The position numbers and the translations under genes are program-made. Under the pieces are notes generated by a model. It was not told the DNA's origin. It made no database searches and worked only from the letters and a program-made list of their open reading frames with translations. A DNA stretch of 63,814 bases, filler included, from Choristocarpus tenellus KU-1152 (taxonomy: Eukaryota; Protista; Phaeophyceae), in the NCBI GenBank assembly GCA_964200185.2. It is 9 parts of 9 records of this genome, joined end to end, with 100 filler letters (N's around TTAATTAATTAA, not from the genome) between each part and the next. Parts side by side here need not be neighbours in the genome. Positions count along the whole stretch, not along the records: positions 1 to 15,575 come from CAXNAD020000971.1; 8 more parts are not named here. One strand, written 5' to 3'. Of the stretch, positions 1 through 14,341 are shown piece by piece (position 1 is the stretch's first letter; every line of letters begins with the position of its first letter).

Positions 1-168
1 GTTAGGAAGTGTCAATGTCGATGTTCTGGACACACCTTTTAATAACATACACATTTTACCCACTCTAAAACATTTTGGAGAAGGAAAATGTAATAAAATG
101 CCCATGGGAAACCAAGCCCCAAATGGACAAACAGGGCAAAATTCGTACCCTCTAAGATATTTTCACTC
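1..168 (+). mobile_element. MITE family A, 3' part
   Basis: Ends TACCCTCTAAGATATTTTCACTC; matches the other family A copies. Confidence 0.85.
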
Positions 169-267
169 GATATATATTATAATCCCCATTCACATTATTT
201 TCAACTCCCCACCTAGCTCTGTGAGTCCTCCTTAGGATGACATCTCAACACCACCTTTGTGCTTCAG

Positions 268-3200
268 ATTGTTTTGTGGGATAGTCCAGATGAACTCCTG
301 TCAGAGGCTCTCAAGGGGTCTACCGGTGGCAAAAAAACTATGACAGCTGAGACAGCTCAACTCCTCCTACACAAGACCAAGCGCAGGGCTGTGAAGGTAT
401 AGCCATGCCTTCCCCATTCAACATACCCTCCCTTACCTTTCCCCTGAGATGACATCTCTCTGAAACCGTGACTGGCACACCAATGTGGTGCTTGGCTTTG
501 TTCAAAAGCAACGTTGGAGGAGATAGGCTAGTTCTGTTACACATGTGCTGCATAAAGTGTGAAAAAATGTTTGAAATAGACATAAGGGAAGGGGAGTACA
601 CATTTCCATTGAAACCCCAATGCACCAATTGTGTGCAGTATTTGCTTGTGCAGAGAATCACAAGCCTAAGTGATCTTTGAAGATATAGCATATGCCCAAC
701 ATGCCAAAATAGGTCGGGGTACAGCTACCTGTAAATATTCTGTGTCCAGTCTTGGCTGTTCAGAGGTTTATTTCCTAAGCAATCAAGGGTCACCATACCC
801 ATCACACAAGTTTGTGGACAGTAGCAAGCAGCCAGAAGAATTGCCAGCTTGTACTGAAGAAACTTCACAGAGGCTAGTAAAGAGGAAAGTATACATTGCA
901 ATCCAATTCATTCCTGGAGACATTTTTGTGGGACTCACTATGTCCATTATTGATATACCACTGTTCTACTGGGGCAGATAGTATCGCCACTGTCTGCCCC
1001 GGTTGAACATTTGCATTTCAATAGTTGATACTCGAAATTACCTATAGAGCACGTGTCACCACGCCTTAGGCCCAATATATATGGATGATCAGCATTCTAG
1101 TAAGCATGCAATGCAGAGAATGGACAGAACATAATGTCTAAAAATAGCTGACAACGGTGAAACTAAACATATATAGAATGAACCACCAAGAAAGCTTAAG
1201 ATAGTAGTGTTGGGCACATTAAGAAGCACCTGGTATAGAAATAGGCATGCCTACTTTCCATGCTGTCGAATACCAATTGCTACCACATCACCTATATTTT
1301 GCTGTCCTTTGCCCTCTGCCATCTATTACACCCCTACTCTGGCATGCTAAGATACTCCACCATATCTTGCTATACCCTCCAAGGTCTTAAACTTGGCAGA
1401 AGGAGGAATATACCATGTTAGCATTGTAGGCGGCCCAGGGTGGGGGTTGCCAACAAATGGAGGGCCTTCTACCGATGGTAATATGGCCCCCTCTTTTGAT
1501 ACAAGCATGGGGGTCAAGGGAGGTGGTGGAGGAGGAGGAAGAACGGTGCCGTATATTGTCATGGCTGGGGAGGATGGGGCTGTGCGATTCTATGACTACA
1601 AGTTTCGTATTGAGGTGAGACCGCATGAGTGCCACCCTCAACCCCAACCCCAAAACTTCAAAGTATGCCATATTTTTATTAGTGATCAGCAGCAATGTTA
1701 TCTCAACATTTCCGTGGCCACTTGACTGATGACATGTCTAGGGGTACTGTCTGTATTTTACTGAGCTGCTCACATTGCCAAAATGTTATCATTGTTGCAA
1801 AGTCTTCATTGAGTCCCAAATGCTTCCTCTGCCTCTCTAAAGGATTGCCGGGTTTTTTGCTAAGTAGTTTTTGTCATTCAACTCTCTACTCTCAACCTCC
1901 CCGAAAAATAATAGGGATGCTACGGAAGGCTCTCGTAAATCTTACTGGCTAGAAAAACTGCTAATATAAACTTCCATCCCTATGCCCAATCAAGGCCTGG
2001 TTTGAAGACCTTGATGCTGGACCAGTTAGTTCAGTATCATTTGCAAAATGCATGGAAAATCGACCTGAAAACCTCACTTTGCAAGTCCCAGACTTTGTGG
2101 TTGGGACACAGCAGGCGTATATTGTTGCATGTTCAGCGTCTGCCTTCGAGGAGCTGGACCCTGAGCGCAGGTGAGGATCTGTAAGCAGAAGACAGGAATG
2201 CAGGGATGGGGTGTGGCAGGCCCAGGAAAACCCCAGTGCCAGGTAGGAGATGGACACATATTTTCACTGCCAGGTCCTTACTTTTCCACTTGGTTCACTC
2301 TTTCTATCAACTTCTTCATCCCTTCTTTCCACAGGGCATTCTGTACACTTTAAAAAAAACATCCAAGGCATCACTGGTCAATAGGATAGGACATGACTAC
2401 TATGTAGTCTATATATAGCATTGGTCTTTAGTTGACACCCACGATCATCAAGAAGACTCTCCAAGCATATAAAATCAGTGGCCCAATTGGATGAACAAAA
2501 ACCTCTTTATAGACTCATTCCATGACTCAGTCGCAGATCAAGTCACTCAATGTGACAATATTAGAGCAACTTGTCTTGACAGCCGAGTGGGTCAGCATCC
2601 ACCTGATTTCAGTTCTATTGTCTCACATGTTTGACATACAAGAAAAAAAGAATTTAGAGTTAACACCTGATGGTGCATATGTAGCCATGCCCCATTGGTT
2701 CAGATTCCATCCTTCATATGGCTTTTCTTCCTCTTATTCAATTGCCCTAGATCTACTCTCCCGACTGCAAGTTCTAGGCACTGTGTTGCCTACCCTTGAC
2801 TCCCCACATGCAAGAGTATCACAAATAACACCTCCCTCCTCTCTCCTGGATGTAATCCAACTCCAACCCCACTCAAATAGGAGAGGATCAGTGCTTGTTC
2901 AAGGCATGGTAGGATCAGTAAACTGTGTGGCTACACATCCTCGGAAACCGCAACTTGCTGTCGTTGGAGAGTCTGGGAATATTCACCTGTGGGATTATGA
3001 CCATAAGGTCAGAACATTGTAACTCCATCACTAAGCATTCATTAGAGGTCGGCAAGAGATCCTTCATCTTGTTTGAATGCAATTTGGCCATATATTTAAA
3101 GTACTTGTTGGTTGTCAGAAGCCGAGAGAGCCAATTGTTGAAGGTAGTAAATCTGGTAGGAGGGTATTGCACTTTCTAGCACGTGAACACTATTTCGTAG

Positions 3201-6121
3201 TGCCTATAGAGACTTCTTATGTCTCAATTTCAGGTTCTGTACTGCTTAATAATCCTATGATAGGCAATAGTGCCGAGCTGTTACCAATTCTTTTCTTGTT
3301 CTTCTTCACAATTTCTTTTGCTGAGCATGATCTTTTCTCAGCCCCCTGAGGTCTGTCACCATCTTTAATTGATTTCATACTCATTTGTCTGCTGTCCTGC
3401 GACCATTGATCCACCTGTCCTTTTGTAACTGGATTATTTTGGCAAGGAAAGGTGCTGGTTATGCTGCGGTCGTTTGATCAAAGTCGACTCCGACCTCAGT
3501 GCTGTGCCTTCCATCCACATGGAACCCTCCTCGCAGTAGGGTTCATATCCGGAGCATGCAAGATACTCAGGGCTGATAATCTGGAGGAGGTGACGGGACT
3601 TCGCTATACAAGTGCTGCCCTTACAATGATACGGTTCAGCCCTGATGGAGACATGGTGAGGAATCCTGGGAGGGCAATTGGGGTGGGAGGAGGCAAAGGC
3701 TGGGGACACAGACAGGAAGTCATAAGAGCTATTGCTTGATGAGTTGTTGCCTACTATTCTGCACAAGGTGCTGGCAGTCAATCAGCAGCCTTCAGCAAAC
3801 AAACTGCTTTCCTTGGCCTTTCTACCCTCCTTTGCACATGAATATGAGTCTGCCCGCAAGTGGCTATGCTCAGAGATGATGACCTCATCCCTCCATGCCA
3901 CACCTAGAACCAACATTTCATCCATCCACATTCACTAAGCTAAAGCAAGGGACTGAAACTTGAACTGTGAAACAATGTCTAAGGGTCTACTGAGAGCATT
4001 GATTAATACAAATGTGTGCTTCTGTTGCTACCATGCCTGAATCATAATACCTAACTCAATCAATTTCTCTCTTCAATCATCTTCACTCATCACCTGGTGT
4101 ACAAAATAGTTATGCTATACACTCAACCTATCTCGACCAATCCCGAGTACTGCAGGTTGTGGCAAGTGACAAGGACCACCATGTACTATTATTCAAGCAT
4201 GCGTCAGAGGAGGGCCATGCCGACACCTCCAAAGACCAGGATCAAAGAGGAACTAATGGAGCAGGGGTAAATATGATCAGAAGGTTAATTCTGCCAACCA
4301 CAAATTGAGGGTAATAATGGTACATGGTTTAGGTAAATATTTAGAGGTACCTTGGAATTTTGATAACTAGTTCCCCTTGAAATACATGTCAAATTACCTT
4401 ATGGCAACACCCCTCCCTCTACCTCTCCTGCTTCCTCTACAGGAAGATATAAATGATCAGGATACCTGGGAGTACATTGGGCGCAACAGAGGTCACAGCC
4501 GACCTATCACAGGGTTAGAGTTTGGAAGGCGAGAAGACGGACGAGTGTCCCTGGTCAGCATAGGAAAGGATCGCTACCTGGTCGAGTACAATCTATCTGG
4601 CTCCAATCAGGTTTCTGCTTGGCATAGGGCTTATGAGTAGATACAATCCAGGGTCAGGGGGGCATACAAGTGGAGATTCCCATATTGTGTTGGTGGTGCA
4701 AGAATGGGGATAGGTATAGGAGGAGGGAGGGGGAGTAGAGGAAGCAGAGAAAGATATATAATGCCAAGCACCCTAGTCAATGTTAATGAGGTTGGAGTGG
4801 AGTGGTTTGGCTACATCTTGGAGTTGAAGATTCCCATTCTACCACAAGTCGTTATTGGCGCGCACTTGTGCTTACCAGTGTTTTGTTGCTGGTAGCCAGG
4901 GGTATTGCATTTTTCCCTTTATCAGTATTTGCTGATAAGTAATAAATTACGCAATGGCACCTGAGGTTGAGGGTCATCCTGTTTATTTGGGACTTCTCAT
5001 AATTTAACAATGATTCTACTCTTCGGTGAGGACCTTTGACCTTTCATTCTTCCTCCCCATACCCCAGGAAACCGGACTACTGTTGGTGGAACCGCCAAAG
5101 AGGATTGAGCAGCTTGCTACACCAACTGCTCTCCTGTGGCACCCGCTCCTTGGCACAGACTTTGAAGACAGACTGGTGAGATGACGTAGACACCCAATTT
5201 ACCCCTCTCAAATCTCCATTACCAGGTCAATGCAATCCAGAACTATGGATGGGCTTAGGTTTGTCCCGAAAGCTTCCTCAACTGCAGCACCAGAAAACTG
5301 TCCTTTGCCTAGACTCTGTTTGTGCTTCCAATCGATCTGGAACCCCACCTTTTGCCACACGTTTGAGCCTATAAAGAACCCCACCCTTTGTCCTACTCCT
5401 GACAATAAAAGCATATCTAAACGTGGCGTTCCTGAGCTACATAATCTTGTGCTTGGCGATGGTCTTGATTCGTTGGAATTAGTCAATCTGCAATAGCTGC
5501 AAAATCGTACAGACTCGTAATGAACTAGACCGATGAGCCCTGTCTCATTTGACTGTGAGCACTTGATATGACATAAGTTGTCCCTAACCCCTTGGATGAC
5601 GAAAGGTAACAGCCAATGATGAGTATAAGTTAAAGCAGTGGAATGCAGACAACAAGAGCTGCAGAAAGACTACTCTTGGACCAACCTTTGGGGGTCACAT
5701 TAATCGACTGGTGCAGATCAGCCATGTATATGAAAACGGGAATACCCAACCAAGTGCATTTGCAGCTTATGGGACATTGGAGAAGGTGGTGGGGCTGGTG
5801 AGTTGTGCTGTATCACTCAGCTGCATCTTTGGCAAAAAAGCAAAGCTGGTCAGGGAGGTTGAGATGTTGCTGGGTTGGGATGGAGGGAGAAGGAGGCGAT
5901 GACTCTTGAATAACAGTCAATACACACAAGTTGGATGGTGTCAGAAGTCTTCCGTACTCTAGTTGCAGGCATTGGGGGATAACTAGATGTGCGCTTAGGT
6001 AAAAGGATAAGGAATACAATTCTTGCAGGGAAGAATGATCACTCAATCACATCAATATAGCAACATTATCTCAACAAAACCTAGCCAATCTCGACATAGG
6101 CACATAGTGCATACACACACA

Positions 6122-6172
<51 letters not shown>

Positions 6173-9100
6173 CTCTGTTTCCAAACAGTTGCAAATACCA
6201 CTAGACGGAAACCCACACAAGACAATGGGATTGATCGCTCACCCTGGAGAGATAAGTTCACTGGCAGTGAGTGGAGATGGTAACTATCTCATCACTGCAG
6301 GGGGTAAAGATCTCACTGTCAATGTCTGGCATATCAACCTCCAAGTAATGCAGGTAAGCACTTTTTTGTCATTTAGGTGAGGGTATGCCACATATGACAG
6401 GGCTAGCATAGCAACGGAATTGCCACTTAGAGAAATATCTGCTTGTCAAATGAAAAACAAAGAATCAGTTCTATGCAGAACTGCTTCTAGTTTTGTAGGG
6501 GCCGAAGGGGGGAAGAAGAGGGTGAGAATATCGCTACTGTTGATCGGACGTTCCTATCCTGTACAGTGGCATTCAGGGGATTGCGGGGCTAATTCCTACT
6601 TGGGAATTGGACAATAGCAGAGAAGGAGAGCCCCTACTACAAACAGGCAGTGGAGATGTAACAACTGGCAAGCACATTTTCCCGTGGACCAAAAGGCACT
6701 AAGAATAAAATATGAAGTGTTTCCCTCCGCAATTCACTTGTAGAACACAAATGGTGCTGCAGCTGTTGGGATGTCCTCAGCAACAACCACTGCTGCCCAG
6801 GAGGTTGAAAAGAAGCACGCGCTTGACAGGGATGATTCAGTTACTACACGCCAGTTAGAGGGTACCTGTCGCAAGAGGGAAATCGCTCCCTTCCTTGAAC
6901 AGCTTCAAGGAGGAGAAGGAGGAGATCTTCATGAGGTGGGTGTATTTTTGTTGTGTATTTTATCCTGCATAATTCCTTGTTCGATTTTTTCTTTTTTAGT
7001 TTTATGAGTGACAGGAAGTACCAACAATCTTATCAATAACAATTTTATCTCCTATCATTCAAGGCCCAACCAGTACTGGTGTTGCAGCACAAAGCTAAGG
7101 GTACCAGTGTATTGCAAATGCTCAGAGTATGCATTCTGAAATATTGAATGGGACAAGCACCCCCCTTTACCAATTTCAATGCATGATGACTCCTATTTCG
7201 CACTATATTGGACCTATCATAGTTTTCCTCACCTCATGTGTCTGAATCATATCTTGTCCACATCCAATTCCATCCTCAAATCGAGCTTTTGACACCACTT
7301 CCACTTTGGTCGAAACTTCAAGTAATCTCCAACGTTTCCCTCTGGATTCAACTCCTTTCCTGGCCCTGGCCAAGGCTGTTTCCTATCACTAACAACTCTA
7401 AACCCCAATCCCCATGGACAGGAGATAGTGGATTACTTCTATTATGCCTTGCTGAGAACTCAGGGAGAAGACACACGGGAGGAGCGTTCCACGGCAGAGG
7501 TGGTGCCTGTAGCAGAGGTGCCCAACATTATGAGAGCATTGGGGTTCTACCCCACTGAGCAGGTACATTGTCACTACACTTGACATATCAATGGTTGTGG
7601 CTTCTGATACTCTGGAGTGCATGAGAAGACCTTTGTCACTAGTGTTGTGAACTGCAGTGACTGTATCACTATGAACAGATAAAATCGCGAATAATCGAAC
7701 CAATAATCGAGCAGGAGTAGCTTTCAACTGTTTTTTTTTTGCACACAAATACACACGTTACGATCTGCTCGATGGTTTCCGCGCTTCATGTGCCTCACCT
7801 CTTGTGTTGCATGCACGTTTTAACTTGTAATTGAGTATGTTGACATTTTCAAGTCAATATTTCACTTGTGCTCTTAAAGTTTTTGGATTGGCTACATGAT
7901 TTTCATAAGGAAGGGTTTCTTCAGGGAGAACGGGAAAATTCCTCATGCTGCTTATTTAACCATTCAAGTATAATGTCTCTTGATATTATGACCCTCATCA
8001 GTCTCCAGAATGCCAGATTAACAAAAATTGTTATGACTGGGAGCAAGGTGAGCACAGATCCCTCCTCCAACTACAGGTTTGTCAGATTCACCCTTGTCTA
8101 GGCCAAGCTGGGCTTTTAGGGATGTTGTGAGGTGACTGTGCCATATCCACTGTCCTTGTAATATCATAAAATTAGTATTGCCCATGATTTTTATTCCACT
8201 TTCACTAGTCAGGATGATATTGTATTCCAAAGTCCACCCATGAAACCACTTCTGAGAATTACAACATGAGCTACCTGATACAGTCAAAATATATGCAATA
8301 GAGAGTATCTTGGGGGGGGGAGGGTCAGGTGTCCATTCAGGGCCTGTGCGACCCTGTAGTGATTTGATGTCATATGACTGTAAGTGCCAGATTCAAGGGC
8401 AATTTCTTCAGTCGGAACACAATTTCCTTTTCCATCCCCTTGCCTAGACCAAACCCAAAGGAAAATCAACTGCTAAACAGGCATCAAACTGAGGAATCTT
8501 ACAAACCCCTATCAAGAACCGAATGGACAACTTCCACTATAAACCCCCCCTCTAGGATACAATGGATCATGTCACCTAGCAGAGCTTCAAAGTGTTTGAC
8601 AAAGACTATGCAGTGATGGAGCCTAATGAGCCGAAGTATCTTAGAGGGTAGAGCCGCGTCCATTTGGGGGTCGAAATTTAATGTTGTGATTTCGAAGAAA
8701 TTTTGGTTATCGTGTTTGTTAGGAAGTGTCGTCAACCTTGCTCTGGACATACCTTTTCAGAACGTATAAATTTTACCTACTCCGAAAAATTTTGAAGTAG
8801 GAAAATTTCATAAAAACCCCAAGGGAAGCCAAGCCCCAAATGGACAAACAGGGCAAAACTCATACCCTCTAAGATACTTTCACTCAATGATAGATCCTCA
8901 GCTATGATTAGGGATGAGATCATGATTGCACACTGCTGTAAGGGCTTAGATTCTTCTGCACAAATGTTTAATTGGTAGGACTGATTGCAATGAGGGGCTA
9001 TCAGTAAGGCAGACAAGAGGAGATGATGTGGAGCAGGAGATCTGAGCCAAAGTATCTTCGAGGGTGGAGCCGCGTCCATTTGGGGTCCAAAATCCAATGT

Positions 9101-11405
9101 TGTGATTTTTATGTAATTTTGGTTATCATGTTTGTTAGGAAGTGTTAATATCCTTGTTCTGAACACACCTTTTCATAACGTATACATTTTACCCACTCCG
9201 AAAAATTTTGGAGTAGGGAAAATGTCATAGAAAGAGACCATGGGAAGCCAAGCCCCAAATGGACAAACAAGGGAAAAGTCGTACCCTCTAAGATACTTTC
9301 GCTCTCTGGGAGTTTGTAGTGTAGGTGTTGAGAATCTCAGACCCAACAGAAAAGCGTATCCACTTTTGCACCTTCCCTAAGGCTCAGCATCCCTCGTTGT
9401 TTTGCACCACCTATGCCATGTTAAACGTCTACTTCAAAGTAGTGTGGGATGCACATCCTGCAGCTATGAGGAAGTGTCGTATCTATCTGAACAATCTTAG
9501 TTTCCGCAACAAGAACTAGATTGGCCTATGGCCACAATTTGCGGAGGTTACAACCATGCAGAAGAATATGTATGATCTAAAAGATAAGGCAATTTATTAC
9601 CTAACCGCGTTGGATTTACTCCTTTACAGGCCTTGCACTGTATAATTGGAAGTTCCAACAGCATCAGTGATCCTTGAGAGTTCACGATTTTCTACGTGGT
9701 TGATGATTGGTGGGTTGATATGGTCAAGCAGATTATGCCAATCCTCAAAGTGTCTACTTCTGTCGCCTGTCTCTTTAAGTCACACTACCTCTATAATCAG
9801 TCGAAAAATCATTGCTGATTAGCAAACCCTATCCCTCCTTCCCTACAGGAGGTTTCCCACATGGTGAATGAGGTCAAGTATTCTTGTTTCACAGAGACTG
9901 GGGAGGTGAGACTGTGTGACACTCTACCTTTTCCAAGTACTCCAGAGTAGAGGCAATAGACTTGATGTTCCTGATAGTAGGAGGATAAGTGGTGCTCCAT
10001 TCTCAGCCCTTGCTATTGTTTGCATGTTCTTCGTATGAGAAAGCAGCTGCAATCACCTTCAAACCTCCCGCTCACTATCGCTTCATAAGTAAGCAAGAAA
10101 GAATCCCGAGTTTACACAAGGAGATGACATTGTAATGTTTGTACCATTCCAGAAAAGACAAGTACTCTTAGTATTGCATTGGCAGTCCTGAGTACACGTT
10201 TTAGACAATGTAGTGTGATGTAGCAACAAACGCTTTACTCTGCACTCCACACTTTTCTGCATTTAGTGCTCTAGATATCCGAACAGATTCTTATATTCTG
10301 CCCTTGAGTATCCACAGTCTAAGTAGTTTTAGTCTCATATCTAGCAACATGTCAAGATTTATACTTAAAAACTTGTGTGCTACAACAAGGATTGTAATGG
10401 AGTGTTAAGGAGACTCTTACGCTAGGACAAGATACACGGTTTACTATTACTACCTGAATTGAAAGCATTGATAAAGAAAATGAGATATAGAGAACGTTGT
10501 TTTTCTTCAAAACCCCTCATACGTGTTCAATACCGCATTTGTACCACAATTCCCTATGCCAGTGTCTCCATCCATTTATCTATGCCCTGAACGCTCCATA
10601 CACCACCCTGCTCATGATTTGTGGTCCCAGATTGAAGATTCAATCAACCTGGATGACCTCATACGACTATTTGTGAACCATCGACCGGTGTTCCCAATAA
10701 ATAAGCAGGTAAGCAACAGGAAGGCACAAGGTCCTCACTTCAATGTCACACTCTTACCACATTTTGCACAGGGGCACAGGTTACTGACCTTCCAAAAAAA
10801 CAGCTACTATAAATGACCTGGTCTGACATTGATATTCTCCAGGGGGGTGGTAGAGAATGAAACAAGCATGTTTGACCTTCCTGACCCTATCAGGGTGTTG
10901 AGGATTCCTTTCGAGCTATGGGGAGCAAGACCAAAGACGGAAACCTAGCCTGGTCGACTATCTGCACAAAGATGCAGTCTATGGGAGAATGTATCAGCGA
11001 AGAAGAACTTGCTCATTGTCTTGAGGTGATATGTTTGTCAGAGAGACGATTTCCTTAAAGGTCAAGCATCCCTTAGATTCTCTTGCACAACAGTAGGTGC
11101 GAATAATCTGACCTACAGTATCAAAAATGCATCGCACAGCTTCTGCTACAACCCTGTTTGCTCCCCACCTTTCTCGATGCCATAACCATTGTTGCGAATC
11201 CTGGGTGATCCAATTCTGTAATCCATCCAAGCCCCTTCTTTTACCTCACTCAAATGGAGATGCACCGTTCAATCTCATCTCCGTTCACTGCCACATGAGG
11301 AAGGCCCTCACAGATGAAACAAGTACTACAAGTGTCAATGGTCACCAGACGCTACGGCCCTTACAGTTTGCCGAAGAGGTATTGGGTTTTGAAGATCACC
11401 CATAA
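268..11405 (+). CDS. CFAP251: Cilia/flagella-associated WD40 + C-terminal EF-hand-like protein, 3' part (16 exons; 5' end lies before the window)
   Basis: Exons 268-396, 1384-1614, 1995-2170, 2881-3007, 3452-3655, 4156-4266, 4443-4610, 5068-5175, 5606-5797, 6189-6353, 6744-6935, 7422-7562, 9849-9905, 10631-10708, 10894-11025 and 11304-11405(TAA) are all GT-AG and join in frame. Peptides GEDGAVRFYDYKFRIEAWFEDLDAGP, WEYIGRNRGHSRPI, ANDEYKLKQWN..CRKTTLGPTFG, PLDGNPHKTMGLIAHPG, DYFYYA..RTQGED, MRALGFYPTEQE, FVNHRP and FAEEVLGF match what I recall of WDR66/CFAP251. Confidence 0.9.
6114..6171. repeat. (CA)n microsatellite; others: (TA)n ~13592-13612, (CT)n ~48438-48460, (TATG)n ~55614-55654, (CA)n ~58716-58738 and ~62411-62460
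   Basis: Direct reading. Confidence 0.95.
8302..8570 (+). mobile_element. Degenerate MITE family D (second copy about 28663-28900)
   Basis: Shared blocks GGGAGGGTCAGG, GACCCTGTAGTGATTT, GGCATCAAACT and AATGGAC; ends GTATCT-G-tract / C-tract-GATAC. Confidence 0.55.
8628..8885 (+). mobile_element. MITE family A (258 bp, TSD AAT)
   Basis: TIR GAGCCGAAGTATCTTAGAGGGTA ... TACCCTCTAAGATACTTTCACTC; in a CFAP251 intron. Confidence 0.9.
9044..9304 (+). mobile_element. MITE family A (261 bp, TSD TCT)
   Basis: Same TIRs and body; TCT on both flanks. Confidence 0.9.
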
Positions 11406-14341
11406 GAGGAGCTTCCTGAGGAGGTTCCAGTGCCTGGTGACACCAAGCAATACTTGGTAATGGCACGATGCATTAATTATGGTTGTACCTGTCTGCTGGG
11501 CTGCTTGGCTGAGCACTCGGCTGCAATTATGCTTCAGGACAAGGTGCACCTGTTCATAGAGGAGATGAAGAGACTGGTGGCACTGTTCTTTTTTTTATGA
11601 AATTGTATTAAACAAGTAAGTAGTAATAGCTAAAACGTCTAGATTTGTACCTTTCATGAAGAGGACATCCCAACCTGATTTTGTCTTGACTTTCTCACAA
11701 CAAGTGTGCTTTACACAAAAAAGTGTACTACTGCACTTTCAGAGCACTGAAGACTACACAATTCAACTGAAGACACGTTTAAGAATGCTCACACATGACC
11801 GCACCTTTTAATGCATTGCATGTGTGTAAGTGTTTATGCACCCGAGGAGTGTTGTGAATTGTAGGTTCATCACGTGTGCTGACTCTCAACATATATAGTC
11901 CACCAAAAAACCAATTCCCCTCTTGAAGTTCCATTCTTCCAAAGTTAGGACACGATTGACGTTTTTCCTATATTGTCATAGTTACCTTGTGCATAGCGAA
12001 TAAGATCCCGAGGCAGGCTTGTTATGAAGTGGTGCTTAAATATATAATGTACAATGTAGTACTATGATTTACTTATATGTTGTATCTGTACATCTATCTC
12101 TACATCTTACAAGTAAAACCGATTAGGTAAGCAGGTGAGCTCCATAACTGAGTCAGTGGTACTTGCAAGCAATAGGTGTTGATAGTAAACATACATGATA
12201 CAGTGCAGGGTAATCAGCTCGTTATTGCAACTGCCATATACAATCAGCAAGGCAGACATTGAAGGCGCTTGGGAATCCCTGCTAGTACAGGTACTGAGAC
12301 AGATGATGGATGATACCTTGTGATGTAATCTGGAGCAATTGAGTGGAAGGAAAGGGTAATGGGGAGGAGGAGACGAATAATGGGAAGGTTCTTCACACAA
12401 GCAATTCCTACTTATCATACCCAATCAAAAGACAAGGTGGGTGGGATGAGCAGTAAATGGTTGGAACAAAAATAGACATCAGACCCCAACTCTCCAGAAG
12501 CCAATCATAACCAATGCATAGAATGGGGAAGGTGGTATATGGGTGTACGTGGTACCCTGGATGGGGTAGGCACACCATTGCCCACACTCCTTGCCTGCCT
12601 GGATGAGTGACTAGTGCAGCTAGTCTGATGAATATAGCTAGGCTTGCTTCGACCCCTTAGGCTGTCAAATTCGCATCAATCAGTCCATTGAGTTTTACTG
12701 TACAATGATCAATATAATCTCCACCTTATTTATTACTTCAAAGTATGACCCATGATTTACAATAATTGGAGATGGCACGTCACTGTCATTCTGTATGCCC
12801 GCTTTGCCCTCCTGCCATGCAGACAAAGGTATTCCGAGGGACTACTACAATGCTTGCTCACTAGTGTATACAGGTTTCACATACATAAAGAAATAATTCA
12901 ATACGCTAAATAGATCCTGGCATGCTGGATTGTTGAATGTGGATTCAGTTTAGTTGGCTGTTCAACCATAGGCAAAACAAGTTTGCTAAAATATTTGCTC
13001 TAGAAAAACCATTTTCATACAATTTCATTTGCCAGGACGTAATATTTTAATTATTTTTCATACGAAGTTAGGACAAAAAAGGTCAACAATACCCATCCAT
13101 CATTGTCTTCACTGAGTGAGGTGAGTCTGACACACCTTAAATGTCTATAGATCGTACACACACGCATGACACGCTTGAGATTAGGGCTCATTTCAACAAG
13201 TTCCCTACCAACGACACACTACAGCATTCATGACCAAACTCTTTTCGGTTCCGTCTCACACAACGGTAAAAGTATTCAATTTCTAGGAAATATTACTCTG
13301 GATATCAATACCCACTCTGGCCTCAAAAAATACCGTGTTATTTTCCATGGTACAATGCCCAATAAATATGAGTTTTAACATCCTCATCTTCCTGTCCGAT
13401 ACACATTCGTGTAGATGACAAAAAATAGTCACCATGCAAAGACCACATACAAACAATCAACGATCCCAACACAGTCACCTTTAATCTTTGGCAATTTTTT
13501 TGTACTTGTGCAGATGTCCTGCTGTGTATACCTACTCAGGAGATCATTGTATGTATTATTTATCTTACACACTGTATGTAATTATAGTATTAATATATAT
13601 ATATATATATATTTTTAAGGTTCCAGTTTACTCGGCTGTGTGGTTGGTCTTACTTATGTAGGAAACCACTGACAACATCTGTTTGAAGTTCATCATCAAT
13701 GGTAAATATAGCATAAATCGTTCAAATATCATGTTGGAACACTTCCGATATCTTGATGGAAACAGGGAATTTCATGGAATATAAGTTTGCGGTGGGTCAC
13801 CTGGGCCCCAAACATCCTTGGTATATCAGAGCCTCAATGAGATGTAGGAAGTTCCTATTATGGTAAGGAATTCAGCCAGTCCGCCAGAAGTAAGTCAATT
13901 TTTTATTTATTGTGGAAGGGTAAAGAGAAAAAAAAGATATCCAGTTCCAATAATCTATGGATGGATTCTACCTTTAACAGTCAGCCACTCCCTGCTTGTT
14001 TTGCGGGCATTTGTCAAGATCAACTAGTTCAACAATCCTCAGACTTGATCAATCATTTTCTAACACTATATCCCCTTGTAACTTTGGTATGCCTAGGGAT
14101 GGTGGCGTGTGCATATATGGTGTCTCGAGCCTCTTTCCATACACACACACATTACTTGTTTTCCGGGGCGCAACGATCCTTCACACGTGAAAAGGGATAT
14201 CTCGATAATAAATGTGTCAATCCCTCCCAGGTTTTGCTTGGATTGGAACTTCGTTGCAGGCACCATCAACATATCTCAGGTCCCACAAACGTTGGAGGTG
14301 GAGAGTGTTGAGTTAAAAATGATAAACAAAGAGATCAGAAT

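Noticed and set aside
8499-9166. Repeated ORFs such as LPNKHDNQN..PQMDAA and SESILEGMSFALFV
   Set aside because: They are chance translations of MITE family A.
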